Origin: Gemmatimonadota bacterium
GTDB lineage: Bacteria > Gemmatimonadota > Gemmatimonadetes > Palauibacterales > Palauibacteraceae
Assembly (NCBI GenBank): GCA_039588275.1
Contig: JBDHAC010000024.1
Location: forward strand, 26,626 to 90,625
Direction of reading: 5' to 3'
Length of the DNA: 64,000 bases
The position numbers and the translations under genes are program-made. Position 1 is the first letter of the stretch; the number at the start of each line of letters is the position of its first letter. The notes below the pieces were generated by a model. That model worked only from the letters and a program-made list of their open reading frames with translations, had not been told where the DNA came from and did not search any database. Below, one piece after another: positions 19,304 through 29,256 of this stretch.

Positions 19304-19594
19304 ATGCGCAGGTTCATCATCGAGCGAGACCTACCGGGCATCGGAGGTGCGGCTTCGAGCGACCTTCAGGGCGCTGCGGAGACGTCAAACGCCGCCCTCG
19401 CGGAGCTCGGAACCGACATTCAGTGGTTGCACAGCTACGTAGCGGGCGACAAGACGTTCTGCGTATACCTGGCGACCGATGAGGAGCTCATCCACAAGCA
19501 CGCCGACCTGAGCGGTTTCCCGGCCACCACGATCACCGAGATCAAGCGCATCATCGATCCGACCACGGCCACGAAGGTCAGCCGGACGCGCTGA
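19304..19594 (+). CDS. DUF4242 (SCO4226-like) protein
   Basis: FIIER.LPGIG, IQWLHSYV..DKTFCVYLA, SGFPA; GAGGAG RBS. Confidence 0.85.
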   Translation: MRRFIIERDLPGIGGAASSDLQGAAETSNAALAELGTDIQWLHSYVAGDKTFCVYLATDEELIHKHADLSGFPATTITEIKRIIDPTTATKVSRTR

Positions 19595-19664
19595 TACCGC
19601 GGACGCGGGCGCTCGAAGACGCCACGTCACTGCCGTGCCACGCCGCGGTGGGTGCCGTGGATCG

Positions 19665-20351
19665 TCAGAACCTCGCCGGGCGTCTGGTTTTCGCGTGATG
19701 GCGGGCCTGATCGATCTGCTCGGCGGAGAGCCTGGTGCGATCCCCCGAATCGCAGCCGGGCGCCATCAGGTTCCCGACCGCCGTGCACTCCACATGCAAC
19801 AGCGTCAGTGAATGACCAAGCTCGTGGGCGAGGATGCGCCCCGGGTCGTTCACTCCTGCGGGATCCACCTCGGAGGAGACCGCCGCGGGTATGACGGCCA
19901 GATAGACGCCAGGTGCCGCCCCCGTGCTGGCGAGATCGTGCAGGACGAAGGCATCCCAGCCTTCCTGGAACAGCCGGTCCTTCGGCAGGATGGCCGTGAT
20001 CACCGCGGTACTGAAGGGCCGCCCCGCCAGCAGGACCTGCTCGACCTCATCCTCGGACTGGGCGAATTCCCGCATAATCGCCTCGATCTCCCACATGATG
20101 TCCGCCTGGCTCCAAACCTCGTTCACGCGGTCTAGCAGGGCCCTCACCTCGCCGTTGGCGAGCATGGAATGGACGGGCGTCAAGCGGGAGGTCAGGAGGT
20201 GCACCCGCAGGGGAAGCCTCAGCGTCTCGGTGGAAGCGGGGGGTGGTCCGGTTCCGGTACTCGAGTCGTCGCCGCACGCGAGTCCGACGCACGAGGTGAT
20301 CAGGAGAGCGAACCGCCAGGGGTGCCTCCAACCGGTGGCTTTCGTACGCAT
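19665..20351 (-). CDS. Putative zinc metalloprotease lipoprotein (metzincin-like)
   Basis: Lipobox GLAC; HELGHSLTLLH followed by the NLM Met-turn. Confidence 0.7.
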   Translation of the reverse strand: MRTKATGWRHPWRFALLITSCVGLACGDDSSTGTGPPPASTETLRLPLRVHLLTSRLTPVHSMLANGEVRALLDRVNEVWSQADIMWEIEAIMREFAQSEDEVEQVLLAGRPFSTAVITAILPKDRLFQEGWDAFVLHDLASTGAAPGVYLAVIPAAVSSEVDPAGVNDPGRILAHELGHSLTLLHVECTAVGNLMAPGCDSGDRTRLSAEQIDQARHHAKTRRPARF

Positions 20352-20634
20352 CGCCTCGCCCTCCTGCCCGGGCTCGGGGTCTTCACTCACACCCAGCACG
20401 CCACCTCCACTTCGGCCGCGCCGGCGGCCCATGGCATCAACGCCTGGAAGAGGAGCGGGTTCCACGATCCCGGAAACTGAACCCCGGGGCGCTCCCGCAC
20501 AATCGAAGGCTGCTGGTGGGCTGGCCTTCGCACGTGTAGCGCCACGAGGCAGCTGGCCCTATCTCAGGGTCAGGCCCGACTCCCATGGTTTGCGGCCGGC
20601 TCCGATGTTCGCACACCCGCACCGAGGAGGCGAG

Positions 20635-22041
20635 ATGGACCTGCACGAAGACCCGAGCCCCCCTCGTTTTGAGGGCCAGGCGCTGGAACGCCGTGAACTG
20701 ATCAAGCTTGGCGCTCTGGGGGCCGGCGCCGCGCTTCTGGGCGGTTGCGCCTCCGGCGCGCAGCGAAGGGACACGGCGGGTCCGAGCCGCGCCTCGAGCG
20801 CGACGCCCGAGCAGCCCTTCGCGGCACCGCCCCTCGAGCGCGTCCGAATCGGGTTCGTCGGCATCGGCGGGATGGGCTCGGTACATGTCCGGAACCTTCT
20901 CGAGATCGAGGGCGTCGAGCTCACCGCCCTGTGCGACATTCGCCCGGCTCACGCCGAGCGAGCGAGAGATTGGGTGCTCGAGGCGGGTCAGCCCGAGCCG
21001 ACGCTGTACACGAGGGGCGAGACCGATTTCGAGCGCATGTGTGCGGAAGAGGAGCTCGACCTGGTCTATACGGCCACCCCGTGGCGCTGGCATGTACCCG
21101 TGTGCGTGGCGGCGATGGAGAACGGTAAGCACGCGGCCACCGAAGTCCCCGCCGCGTACACGCTGGAGGACTGCTGGAGGTTGGTCGAGACGGCCGAGGC
21201 GCGAGGGAAGCACTGCGCGATGATGGAGAACGTGAACTACGGCCGCTGGGAAATGCTCGTCTTCCACATGGTCCGGCAGGGCTTGTTCGGCGAGGTCCTG
21301 CACGGCGAGGGCGGCTACCTGCATGATCTCCGCGCGATCAAGTTCGCGTCCGAAGGGGAGGGGCTATGGCGCCGCGATCACGCCTGGACGCGGAACGGCA
21401 ATCTGTACCCGACTCATGGACTCGGCCCGATCGCGAACTGCATGGACATCAACCGGGGCGACCGGTTCGAGTACCTCGTGTCGATGAGCGGCCCTTCGCG
21501 CGGGCTCCAGGAGTATGCCCGCGAGCACTTCCCAGCGGATGCGCCCCAGCGGAGGGAGACATTCGCGCTCGGCGACGTCAACGTGAGCCTGATCAAGACC
21601 GCGAACGGGCGCACGGTTTACGTAAGTCACGATACGAACCTCCCTCGCCCGTACAGCCGGATCCATCTCGTGCAGGGGACGAAAGGTCTCTTTCAGGGGT
21701 ACCCGAACCGCGTTTACCTGGAAGACCGAAGTCCCGAGCACCGGTGGGAAGCTGCGGATGATTACCTGGACGAGTTCAAGCACCCGCTGTGGGGGGAGCT
21801 GGGGGAAGCCGGGGAAGGGCGCGGCCACGGTAGCATGGACTTTCTCGAAGACTATCGGCTCATAAAATGCCTGCGGGAGGGTCTGCCCACGGACATGAAC
21901 GTATACGACGCCGCGACGCTCTCGGCGGTGTGCGAGCTTTCCGAGCGCTCCGTGGCGAACGGGAGCCGGCCGATGGAGTTTCCCGACTTCACCGGTGGTC
22001 GCTGGAGTACCTGGCCAGAGCTCGGGGTCGTGACCGCCTAG
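20635..22041 (+). CDS. GH109-like NAD-dependent glycosidase (Gfo/Idh/MocA), Tat lipoprotein
   Basis: ERRELIK..LLGGC; ATPWRWH, HAATEVPAA, MMENVNY, YLHDLR, NLYPTHGLGP, PRPYSR, GHGSMD. Confidence 0.88.
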   Translation: MDLHEDPSPPRFEGQALERRELIKLGALGAGAALLGGCASGAQRRDTAGPSRASSATPEQPFAAPPLERVRIGFVGIGGMGSVHVRNLLEIEGVELTALCDIRPAHAERARDWVLEAGQPEPTLYTRGETDFERMCAEEELDLVYTATPWRWHVPVCVAAMENGKHAATEVPAAYTLEDCWRLVETAEARGKHCAMMENVNYGRWEMLVFHMVRQGLFGEVLHGEGGYLHDLRAIKFASEGEGLWRRDHAWTRNGNLYPTHGLGPIANCMDINRGDRFEYLVSMSGPSRGLQEYAREHFPADAPQRRETFALGDVNVSLIKTANGRTVYVSHDTNLPRPYSRIHLVQGTKGLFQGYPNRVYLEDRSPEHRWEAADDYLDEFKHPLWGELGEAGEGRGHGSMDFLEDYRLIKCLREGLPTDMNVYDAATLSAVCELSERSVANGSRPMEFPDFTGGRWSTWPELGVVTA

Positions 22042-22097
22042 GACGGCCGGTCCGCATCACCGAGGCCAGCGCGCGAGCTCGGCGCCAGCGAGAAGCG

Positions 22098-22775
22098 ATG
22101 GTGTTGCCCGGGTGCTTGCTGTTGCTCGCGTCCGTTTTCCCGTTGCCTGCCGCTCGTGGCGATGGCGCGCCGGGACCGGGCCCGTTCTCCGCGGTGAACG
22201 CGCCGCAACTCATTGGGGTGCGGAGGTCGAGCGACACCGTCGCCATCGATTTCGAGACCTACCCCGACGGCACGCCGGCATGCGAGTACTGTCCGCTCAG
22301 CGATGAGTACCGCTCGCTCGGTGTCATCTTCTCGTTTCGATCCTGGACAGCGGGCGCGCGGTATCCTTACCTCGTGGATGCGGGCTCGTACCTTCCCGAA
22401 GACGCGGAGCGTCCCCATGGGGTCGTCCCCGCGCTTCAGGAGCGAGGCCTCGAGGTGGGCGTCATCCGCATGCAGTTCCCGGATGCCCCGACGCGTGTCG
22501 CCTTCGACCTCACGGGTCCGGACCTGATCGACCGCTTCGCGGTGACGGCATGGACCCCGCGCGGCCGAGTCGATACCGGTGCGATCCTGCGCCGGCGCCC
22601 GCAGACGTTCCATGCCGCAGGTGGCGGGGTGTTTCGACAGGAACGGGTGACGGTCGAGAACGCGGCCGGCATCGTGCGGATCGAATTGGACGGGTGGGGA
22701 CCACCCGGTCACCTGATGCTCATCGACAACCTGAGCGTCGGCGATGACGCGTCGCCTCGACCCGCCCCTCGCTGA
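22098..22775 (+). CDS. Secreted hypothetical protein (jelly-roll-like)
   Basis: Hydrophobic N-terminus; IDFETYPDG...LSDEYRSLGVIF...IDNL pattern. Confidence 0.6.
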   Translation: MVLPGCLLLLASVFPLPAARGDGAPGPGPFSAVNAPQLIGVRRSSDTVAIDFETYPDGTPACEYCPLSDEYRSLGVIFSFRSWTAGARYPYLVDAGSYLPEDAERPHGVVPALQERGLEVGVIRMQFPDAPTRVAFDLTGPDLIDRFAVTAWTPRGRVDTGAILRRRPQTFHAAGGGVFRQERVTVENAAGIVRIELDGWGPPGHLMLIDNLSVGDDASPRPAPR

Positions 22776-24165
22776 CAAGCTGGCTCTGGCAGTCTACTAT
22801 CCACCACATGCAGGGTATGCATCCGAGGCGCGGTATCCTGAAAGGCGAGCCCGGATCTTGACCGATTCCGGCGGAGGGCCCGAGGCGCTGGAGCGTTCGC
22901 AGGAAGAGTTCCAGGCTCTTTACTCGCATCCTCCTGCGTACCTCGTGCAGGCTCCGGGCCGGGTGAACCTGGTCGGGGAGCACATCGACTACTGCGGGCT
23001 TTCCGTGCTGCCGATGGCGATCGAGCGCCGCGTCCGGCTCCTGGCGCGGCCGCGCCAGGACGCGCAAGTACGAATCGCGTCCACTGCTTGGAACTACGAG
23101 CTACGCACCTTCCAGCTAGCCGAGGCGATTCCCCGATACCCGGGAGGTGACTGGGGCAATTACGTTAAAGCCGCCGGCCAGGCCATGGTTCGCCACCTGG
23201 CGTCGGGACCGATTGACGATGCGAAAGGGATTCCTCTGCGCGGATTCGACGGTCTCGTCTATTCGGATCTGCCCCTCGCCGCCGGGCTCAGCTCCTCCTC
23301 CGCACTCGTGATCGCATCCGGGTTAGCGTTCCTCGCGGCAAACGATCTCGCTGTCCCGGCACTGCATGATGCAGAGGGAGAGTTGGACGCCAGTCACAAG
23401 GCCATCACGCGAGCACAGCTTGCTGCGCACCTGGCGCACGGTGAACGCTACGTGGGCACCGCCGGTGGAGGGATGGACCACGCGGTCTGCCTGCTCGCTC
23501 GCACGGGGACGGCGCTACGCATCGACTTCGAGCCGTTGCATACGACGCCGATTCCGATTCCCGAGGATTGGAGGTTCATCGTCGCACACAGCTTCGTGCG
23601 CGCCGAGAAATCGAGATCCGCGCTCTCCGTCTACAATCAGCGCACCCGCCAGGCGCGGGAGGCCCAGGAGATCGTGTGGGATGCCATGAACCCCTCGGGC
23701 GGCACGGGCAGTTACCAGGACCTGCTCGTGGACCACGTCCCGCACGAGCTGGTCATCGCGGCCGAGGACAATCTTCACCCCATGCTTCGCCGGCGCTTCC
23801 GACACATCGTGACGGAAGCGCAGCGCGTCCACTGGGCGGAAGCCGCGCTCGAAACGGGCGACTTGGGCCGGTTCGGCGACATCCTGTCCGCCTCGCACCT
23901 CAGTCTCCGCGACGATTACGAAGTGAGCACCGTCGAGCTCGACGAGCTCGTCAAGATCATGCTGGAGGCGGGTGCAGCCGGTGCGCGGCTCACGGGAGCC
24001 GGGCTGGGGGGATGCGCGATGGGAGTGTGTACGGAATCCGAGGTAGAAGCGGTGTGCGACGCCGTGCGGACCGACTTCTATGGACGGCGCTTTCCGCCGG
24101 GCGAAGTGGTCGAGTACCCGTTCGTCGCTCACGCCTCGGAGGGCGCCTCGGTGACGAGCGTCTAA
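22744..24165 (+). CDS. galK: Galactokinase / GalNAc kinase (GHMP family)
   Basis: APGRVNLVGEHIDY, AGLSSSSAL, GGMD, GARLTGAGLGG; true start may be downstream. Confidence 0.88.
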   Translation: MTRRLDPPLADKLALAVYYPPHAGYASEARYPERRARILTDSGGGPEALERSQEEFQALYSHPPAYLVQAPGRVNLVGEHIDYCGLSVLPMAIERRVRLLARPRQDAQVRIASTAWNYELRTFQLAEAIPRYPGGDWGNYVKAAGQAMVRHLASGPIDDAKGIPLRGFDGLVYSDLPLAAGLSSSSALVIASGLAFLAANDLAVPALHDAEGELDASHKAITRAQLAAHLAHGERYVGTAGGGMDHAVCLLARTGTALRIDFEPLHTTPIPIPEDWRFIVAHSFVRAEKSRSALSVYNQRTRQAREAQEIVWDAMNPSGGTGSYQDLLVDHVPHELVIAAEDNLHPMLRRRFRHIVTEAQRVHWAEAALETGDLGRFGDILSASHLSLRDDYEVSTVELDELVKIMLEAGAAGARLTGAGLGGCAMGVCTESEVEAVCDAVRTDFYGRRFPPGEVVEYPFVAHASEGASVTSV

Positions 24166-24169
24166 TCCC

Positions 24170-24944
24170 TCAGAAGTCGTCGACCTCTCGGTACGCCGCG
24201 ATCACCGCGAGCTCCCCCTCCGGACCGGGCCGCGAATTCCCGTGCTCCATGCCGAGGATGCCCGTGTACCCTTTCCCGTGAATGTGCCGGAAGATTCAGG
24301 ATCTTGCACGCCGGGCTGTCCACGGCACGGCAGATCTCGTACGCCTGTGGGATCTTCTCGAGGAAGAGCCCTGGGTGGTTGAAGAAGTTGAGCGGCTCGA
24401 GGACCATCACCAGCCCATGCGGCTCGAGTATGCCGGCGGCCCGCTTGAGGCTCTCGATCACGTTCGCCGTCTGGTATCCGAAGTCCCGCCGTAGGTCGAC
24501 GTGGCCCGGCACGACCGTCATCCAGGTCGCGTTCGTACGCTTCGCCACCTCGACGGAACCTCGGATGTCCGCCAGGAACTCCTCGCGCCAATCCTCCCGG
24601 CCGCTGGCGAGGTTCGGCTCGCGCCAATAGATGGTGTGCGCCACGAACACTCCCATCGCCATCCCCAGCCGCCCCATCTCGCGAGCGATCCTCTCCAGCT
24701 CGGACACGGGGCGCTCGCGCATCTCGTTGTCCTCGAGCGCGCTGAACCCGTGCTCGGCCATGAAGCGCAATTGGTCGAGGGGGTCTTCGCCGGCGCTTCC
24801 CTCGAACATCCCGAAATGAGGCGCGTAGCGGAGCTTGAATGCTTGCCTGCCCGGCGCTTCATGGCTGGCTGCGAGCCCGGAGCGCGCAGCCAGCGTGCCG
24901 ACGGCCGCGGCTAATCCTGATTTGATCAGATCTCGACGTTCCAT
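24170..24944 (-). pseudogene. Tat-exported hydroxypyruvate-isomerase-like TIM barrel with internal deletion and frameshift
   Basis: MERRDLIK; LEPLN..NHPGLFL..SPACKIL, then another frame gives IFRHIHGKGYTGILGMEHG..AYREVDDF*; the intervening segment is absent. Confidence 0.8.
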
Positions 24945-24970
24945 GCTACGATCCGTTTCCTAACAGCCTG

Positions 24971-26362
24971 CTAAAGCGCGTGGCTGACTCCGGGAACAGG
25001 CACTGCGTAGCGCCCATCCGCATCGGGCAGGACGGGCGGATCCGCGTCCCAGGCATATCGCACGGGCATCAGGTTCAGCTCCGAGCCCAGCGCCTCCTCC
25101 CACTCCACTTCCTGACCGGAGTACGTGGCCATGCGCCCCATGATGGCGGTCATCGTCGCGATCGCCCCGACGTCCGCGTCCGCGTACTTGAACTCGCCCG
25201 CCGCGATCGCCGCGAACAGCTTGTCGTGCTCGACCTGATACGGGTTCGGGTCGCCCTCGTCGTCGTGCTCGAAGAGGACGTGACCAGAGCTCGACAGGAT
25301 CAAACCGGGGCGGGGGGCGACCCCATTGGTACCGTGGAACGCTTCGGAGACGCGGTTCATGCAATCGGGTTGGTGCCGGCATTGGCTGAGCACCCGGCTC
25401 CCGTCCTCGTATTCGAACTCGACGAAGTGATGGTCGAAGATCTCGCCGTGGTCCTTGCCCCTGCGGACCTCACGCCCACCCTGGCCCTGGGCGCGCACCG
25501 GGTGCCCCTGCTTGACCCAGTTGGCCACGTCCATGTTGTGGATGTGCTGCTCGACGATGTGATCGCCGCACAGCCAGTTGAAGTAGTACCAGTTCCGCAT
25601 CTGGTACTCCATCTCGGTCTGGCCGGGCTCCCGTTCCCGCACCCAAACCCCCGAGCTGTTCCAGTAAATGCGGCTCAACGTGATGTCACCGATCATGCCC
25701 GCGTGCAGCCGGGCCACCCACTCGCGGTACACCGTCTGGTACCGGCGCTGCAACCCGACCACCACGTTGAGCCCGCGGGCTTTCGCCTTCTCGTGCGCCG
25801 CGAGGACTTTACGCACGCCGGGTGCGTCGGTGGCCACGGGCTTCTCCATGAAGACCTGCTTCCCCGCGTCGATCGCCGCCTCGAAGTGCAGCGGGCGAAA
25901 GCCCGGGGGCGTGGCGAGGATCACGACGTCGACGAGGGGGAGAACCTCCCGATATGCCTCGAAGCCCGCGAACCGGCGCCCCTTCGGTACCTGGATACGA
26001 TCCCGGATGTCGCGCTCCGGTCCGAGCTCCTCGGCGAGCTCATCCCCCTGGAGCGTCTCCATGCAACTCCGAACCCGATCGGGGAAGGCGTCCGCCAACG
26101 CCACGAGCTGGACGTCCTGTCCTGTCTGGAGTGCCTGCGATGCGGCTCCGGTTCCGCGCCCCCCGCAGCCGATCAGTCCGACGCGGATGGGGCTCGCTGT
26201 CTGTCGCCGGAGTGCGAGCCCATCAGATTCGGTGGCCTCGATTCCTGCCTCGGCAGACACCGACAGCGGTGCGGCCGCGAGGGATCCGACGGCGGCAGCG
26301 GTTGCCTTCACGAAGTCGCGGCGATCGATAGGGGACCTGGAACCAGAGCGTGTCTCGTTCAT
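24971..26362 (-). CDS. Gfo/Idh/MocA oxidoreductase, Tat signal
   Basis: DRRDFVK; GLIGCGGRGTGA; ATPPGFRP; EKPVA; EQHIHNMD. Confidence 0.9.
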   Translation of the reverse strand: MNETRSGSRSPIDRRDFVKATAAAVGSLAAAPLSVSAEAGIEATESDGLALRRQTASPIRVGLIGCGGRGTGAASQALQTGQDVQLVALADAFPDRVRSCMETLQGDELAEELGPERDIRDRIQVPKGRRFAGFEAYREVLPLVDVVILATPPGFRPLHFEAAIDAGKQVFMEKPVATDAPGVRKVLAAHEKAKARGLNVVVGLQRRYQTVYREWVARLHAGMIGDITLSRIYWNSSGVWVREREPGQTEMEYQMRNWYYFNWLCGDHIVEQHIHNMDVANWVKQGHPVRAQGQGGREVRRGKDHGEIFDHHFVEFEYEDGSRVLSQCRHQPDCMNRVSEAFHGTNGVAPRPGLILSSSGHVLFEHDDEGDPNPYQVEHDKLFAAIAAGEFKYADADVGAIATMTAIMGRMATYSGQEVEWEEALGSELNLMPVRYAWDADPPVLPDADGRYAVPVPGVSHAL

Positions 26363-26463
26363 GACCCTGTGTCCGGGTTGAGGGTTTTGGCGGCTGTGCG
26401 CCGGCAGGCATCCCATCAACCTGGCGCGCGGGATTCGAAAGAGACAAGAGGTCGGCCTGAAGC

Positions 26464-27480
26464 TCAGGTGCCGAGGAGATCGTCCCAGTAACCCCGGATC
26501 TCCTCGAGTGACATCTCTTTCGCGGGGCGAACGAGCCTGAAGCCGACGTGTGGAGAGTCGGTGTTCCACCATCGGCTCTTCGGGAGCTGAGGGTCGCGAC
26601 GTTGCCAGTCGGGGGTGGATGGGAGGCGGGCGGCGCAGCGAAGCGCCGGGGCAGCGTCGTCGAACGCTCCTCCGCGCACGGTATGACGAGCGCCCCGTCC
26701 GGGCCGTGACCAGGGCGCCACGGCCGGTTCGCCCTCGAGCGTGGCGTAGAAGTCGGGGTCATACTCATCCATGGTCCACTCGGCGACGTTGCCGTGCATG
26801 TCGAAGATGCCCCAGCGATTGGGCTCGTTCGCGCCGACCCTGTGGTGAGTGTCCCCGCTGCTCGCGGCATACCAGGCGTACCGCTCCAGCGCCTCGGGGT
26901 CGTCGCCGAACCCGTACGCGGTCTGCTCCCCCGCTCGGCAGGCGTACTCCCACTCGGCCTCGGTCGGAAGTCGGTACAGGCGTCCGGTCTTTTCGGAGAG
27001 CCACCGGGCATACTGGAGGGCAGCGCGCTGGGTCATGCCCACCGCAGGATGGGCGCCGTGACCCATCCCCTGCGCCGGGTCCTCGTAAGGGGGACTCGGC
27101 CGCGAGATGGCATCGACATCCATGGATACGCCGGGTACAGCGGTCTGCTCGCTGTCGAGCCGCCGAAATCGGAAGATGGCGTATTCGTTGAACGTGACCT
27201 CGTGCACTCCGATCCAGAACGGCTCGACCGCAACGGCACGTCGAGGACCCTCGTCGGTTGACCGGCCCGACTCGTCAGCCGGACTTCCGATCAGGAACGT
27301 CCCTCCCGGCACGTACACCATGCTGAACGAGATGTCGGTGCCCGGGATCGTCTGCAAATCGGTGATGCCGGCCTCCTGCTCCACCAGGCCGGTGTCCCCC
27401 GGAGCGGCCACGATCTGCGGAGCGCACCATCCCGTCAGGGTGAGGGCGAATCCGATGCTCGCTCCACCGCGACCCCTCAT
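26464..27480 (-). CDS. Formylglycine-generating enzyme (SUMF1/FGE-sulfatase) family protein, exported
   Basis: YRLPTEAEWEYACRAG; PNRWGIFDMHGNVAEW; VRGG; VGFRLV. Confidence 0.9.
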   Translation of the reverse strand: MRGRGGASIGFALTLTGWCAPQIVAAPGDTGLVEQEAGITDLQTIPGTDISFSMVYVPGGTFLIGSPADESGRSTDEGPRRAVAVEPFWIGVHEVTFNEYAIFRFRRLDSEQTAVPGVSMDVDAISRPSPPYEDPAQGMGHGAHPAVGMTQRAALQYARWLSEKTGRLYRLPTEAEWEYACRAGEQTAYGFGDDPEALERYAWYAASSGDTHHRVGANEPNRWGIFDMHGNVAEWTMDEYDPDFYATLEGEPAVAPWSRPGRGARHTVRGGAFDDAAPALRCAARLPSTPDWQRRDPQLPKSRWWNTDSPHVGFRLVRPAKEMSLEEIRGYWDDLLGT

Positions 27481-29249
27481 TCGAATCCCACCTTCGGTAC
27501 GACTCGGAACAATGCGACCGCGGCGAGCGCCGTGAGGCCGATGCAGAAGGCAGCGAGCCAGTGGCGTCCGTACAGCAGATACCCGGTCGCGAAGAGGGCC
27601 GAATACACGGCCAGACAACCGAGCGCCCACGCGAGCAACCCGGCGGACGCACTACCGGCCGCGCCGCCCGCCTCCGCGCGGATCTCGACGGCTTTCTTCC
27701 ACCCTCGGGCGAACGGCCGGATCCGGTCGTAGAAGCGCTGGAGGGTCTCGCCGTCCACGGGTGCCGTGAGGAACGTGACCGTGACCCACACCACGGTCGT
27801 GATCGCGACCCCCACGACGAGCGCCACGGCGGGATGAAACGCCGCGAACCCGAGCGCCTCGTGAACGAATTGGAAGTACAACGCCACGAGGAACGAGATG
27901 ATCATCGCGGAGATCTCGCTCCACACGTTGATGCGCCACCAGAACCAACGGAGCAGGAAGATGAGTCCCGTACCGGCTCCGATCTGGAGCAGGATCTGGA
28001 ACGCCTGCAGAGCGTTCTCGAGCCAAAGCGCCACGGCCGACGCGAGGATGATCAAGCCGACCGTCGAGAGACGTGCCACCCGGACGTAGTGAGCCTCGTC
28101 GCGTTCGGACGAGACAAAGCGGCGGTAACAGTCGTCCACGATGTACGAGGCGCCCCAATTCAGATGGGTGCTGATCGTGGACATGTAGGCCGCGGCAAGC
28201 GAAGCGACGACGAGCCCCAGCAGCCCGTGGGGGAGGAACACCAGCATGGCGGGATAGGCGAGATCGTGCCGGATGATCGACGGGTCCAACCCTGGAAAAC
28301 GGGCCGCTATCGAGTCGAGCGTCGGGTACATGATCAGCGAGGCCAATGCAACGAGGACCCACGGCCACGGCCGGAGCGCGTAGTGTGCGATGTTGAACCA
28401 CAGGGTCGCACGCATCGACTCCCGCTCGTCTCGGGCCGCCAGCATGCGTTGCGCGGCGTAGCCTCCGCCCCCCGGCTCCGCGCCCGGATACCAGGTGCTC
28501 CACCACTGCACCGCGATCGGGATCAGGAAGACGACCGCAGCGTTTCTCCAATCCGAGAAGTCGGGCAGCAACGACAACTTGTCCGCGAGCGCCGGGTGCG
28601 AGACGAGCCCGGCGAGCCCGCCGACCTCCGGTTGGCGCAGGGCGAACACCGCGGCGGAAATCGACCCGATCATCGCGATCGCGAACAGGAGGAGGTCGGT
28701 CACCACCACGCCCCACAGACCTGAAGTGGCCGAGTACACGGCGGTCACCACCCCGGCGACGAACACGGTCGTATACTCGTCGGCCCCCAACAGCACCCCG
28801 GCGATCTTGATGGCGGCCAGGGTCACGGTGGCCATGATCATCACGTTGAAGAACACGCCCAGGTAGAGCGCGCGGAACCCGCGTAGGAAGGCCGCCGGCT
28901 TTCCCGAGTACCGCAGTTCGTAGAACCCGATGTCCGTGAACACGCCGGAGCGGCGCCACAGCTTGGCGTAGAAGAAGACCGTGCACATCCCGGTGATGAG
29001 GAAGGCCCACCAAACCCAGTTCTGGCTCACGCCGCCGTTGCGCACGAGATCCGTGACCAGGTTCGGCGTGTCGGTGGAGAACGTGGTGGCTACCATCGAC
29101 GTCCCGAGCAACCACCACGGTAGCTGGCGGCCGGCGAGGAAGTACTGACCGGTGCCCGATCCGGCCCGCCGGGCGAACGCCAGCCCCACGACCAGCGCCA
29201 CGAGCCCGTACGACCCGAGAACCGCCCAGTCCAAGGCCGTCAGTTGCAT
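27477..29249 (-). CDS. Sodium:solute symporter (SSS)
   Basis: YFLAGRQLPWW, SMVATTFSTDTP, QRMLAA, AAYMSTISTHLNWGASY; many TM helices. Confidence 0.92.
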   Translation of the reverse strand: MQLTALDWAVLGSYGLVALVVGLAFARRAGSGTGQYFLAGRQLPWWLLGTSMVATTFSTDTPNLVTDLVRNGGVSQNWVWWAFLITGMCTVFFYAKLWRRSGVFTDIGFYELRYSGKPAAFLRGFRALYLGVFFNVMIMATVTLAAIKIAGVLLGADEYTTVFVAGVVTAVYSATSGLWGVVVTDLLLFAIAMIGSISAAVFALRQPEVGGLAGLVSHPALADKLSLLPDFSDWRNAAVVFLIPIAVQWWSTWYPGAEPGGGGYAAQRMLAARDERESMRATLWFNIAHYALRPWPWVLVALASLIMYPTLDSIAARFPGLDPSIIRHDLAYPAMLVFLPHGLLGLVVASLAAAYMSTISTHLNWGASYIVDDCYRRFVSSERDEAHYVRVARLSTVGLIILASAVALWLENALQAFQILLQIGAGTGLIFLLRWFWWRINVWSEISAMIISFLVALYFQFVHEALGFAAFHPAVALVVGVAITTVVWVTVTFLTAPVDGETLQRFYDRIRPFARGWKKAVEIRAEAGGAAGSASAGLLAWALGCLAVYSALFATGYLLYGRHWLAAFCIGLTALAAVALFRVVPKVGFE

Positions 29250-29256
29250 GGTGGCC

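Noticed and set aside
19924..20634. Long N-terminal extensions in the ORF track (GH109, lpxD, MMPL, DUF547, NCS2, lptFG)
   Set aside because: They overlap other genes; better starts with an RBS, signal peptide or coupled stop lie downstream.
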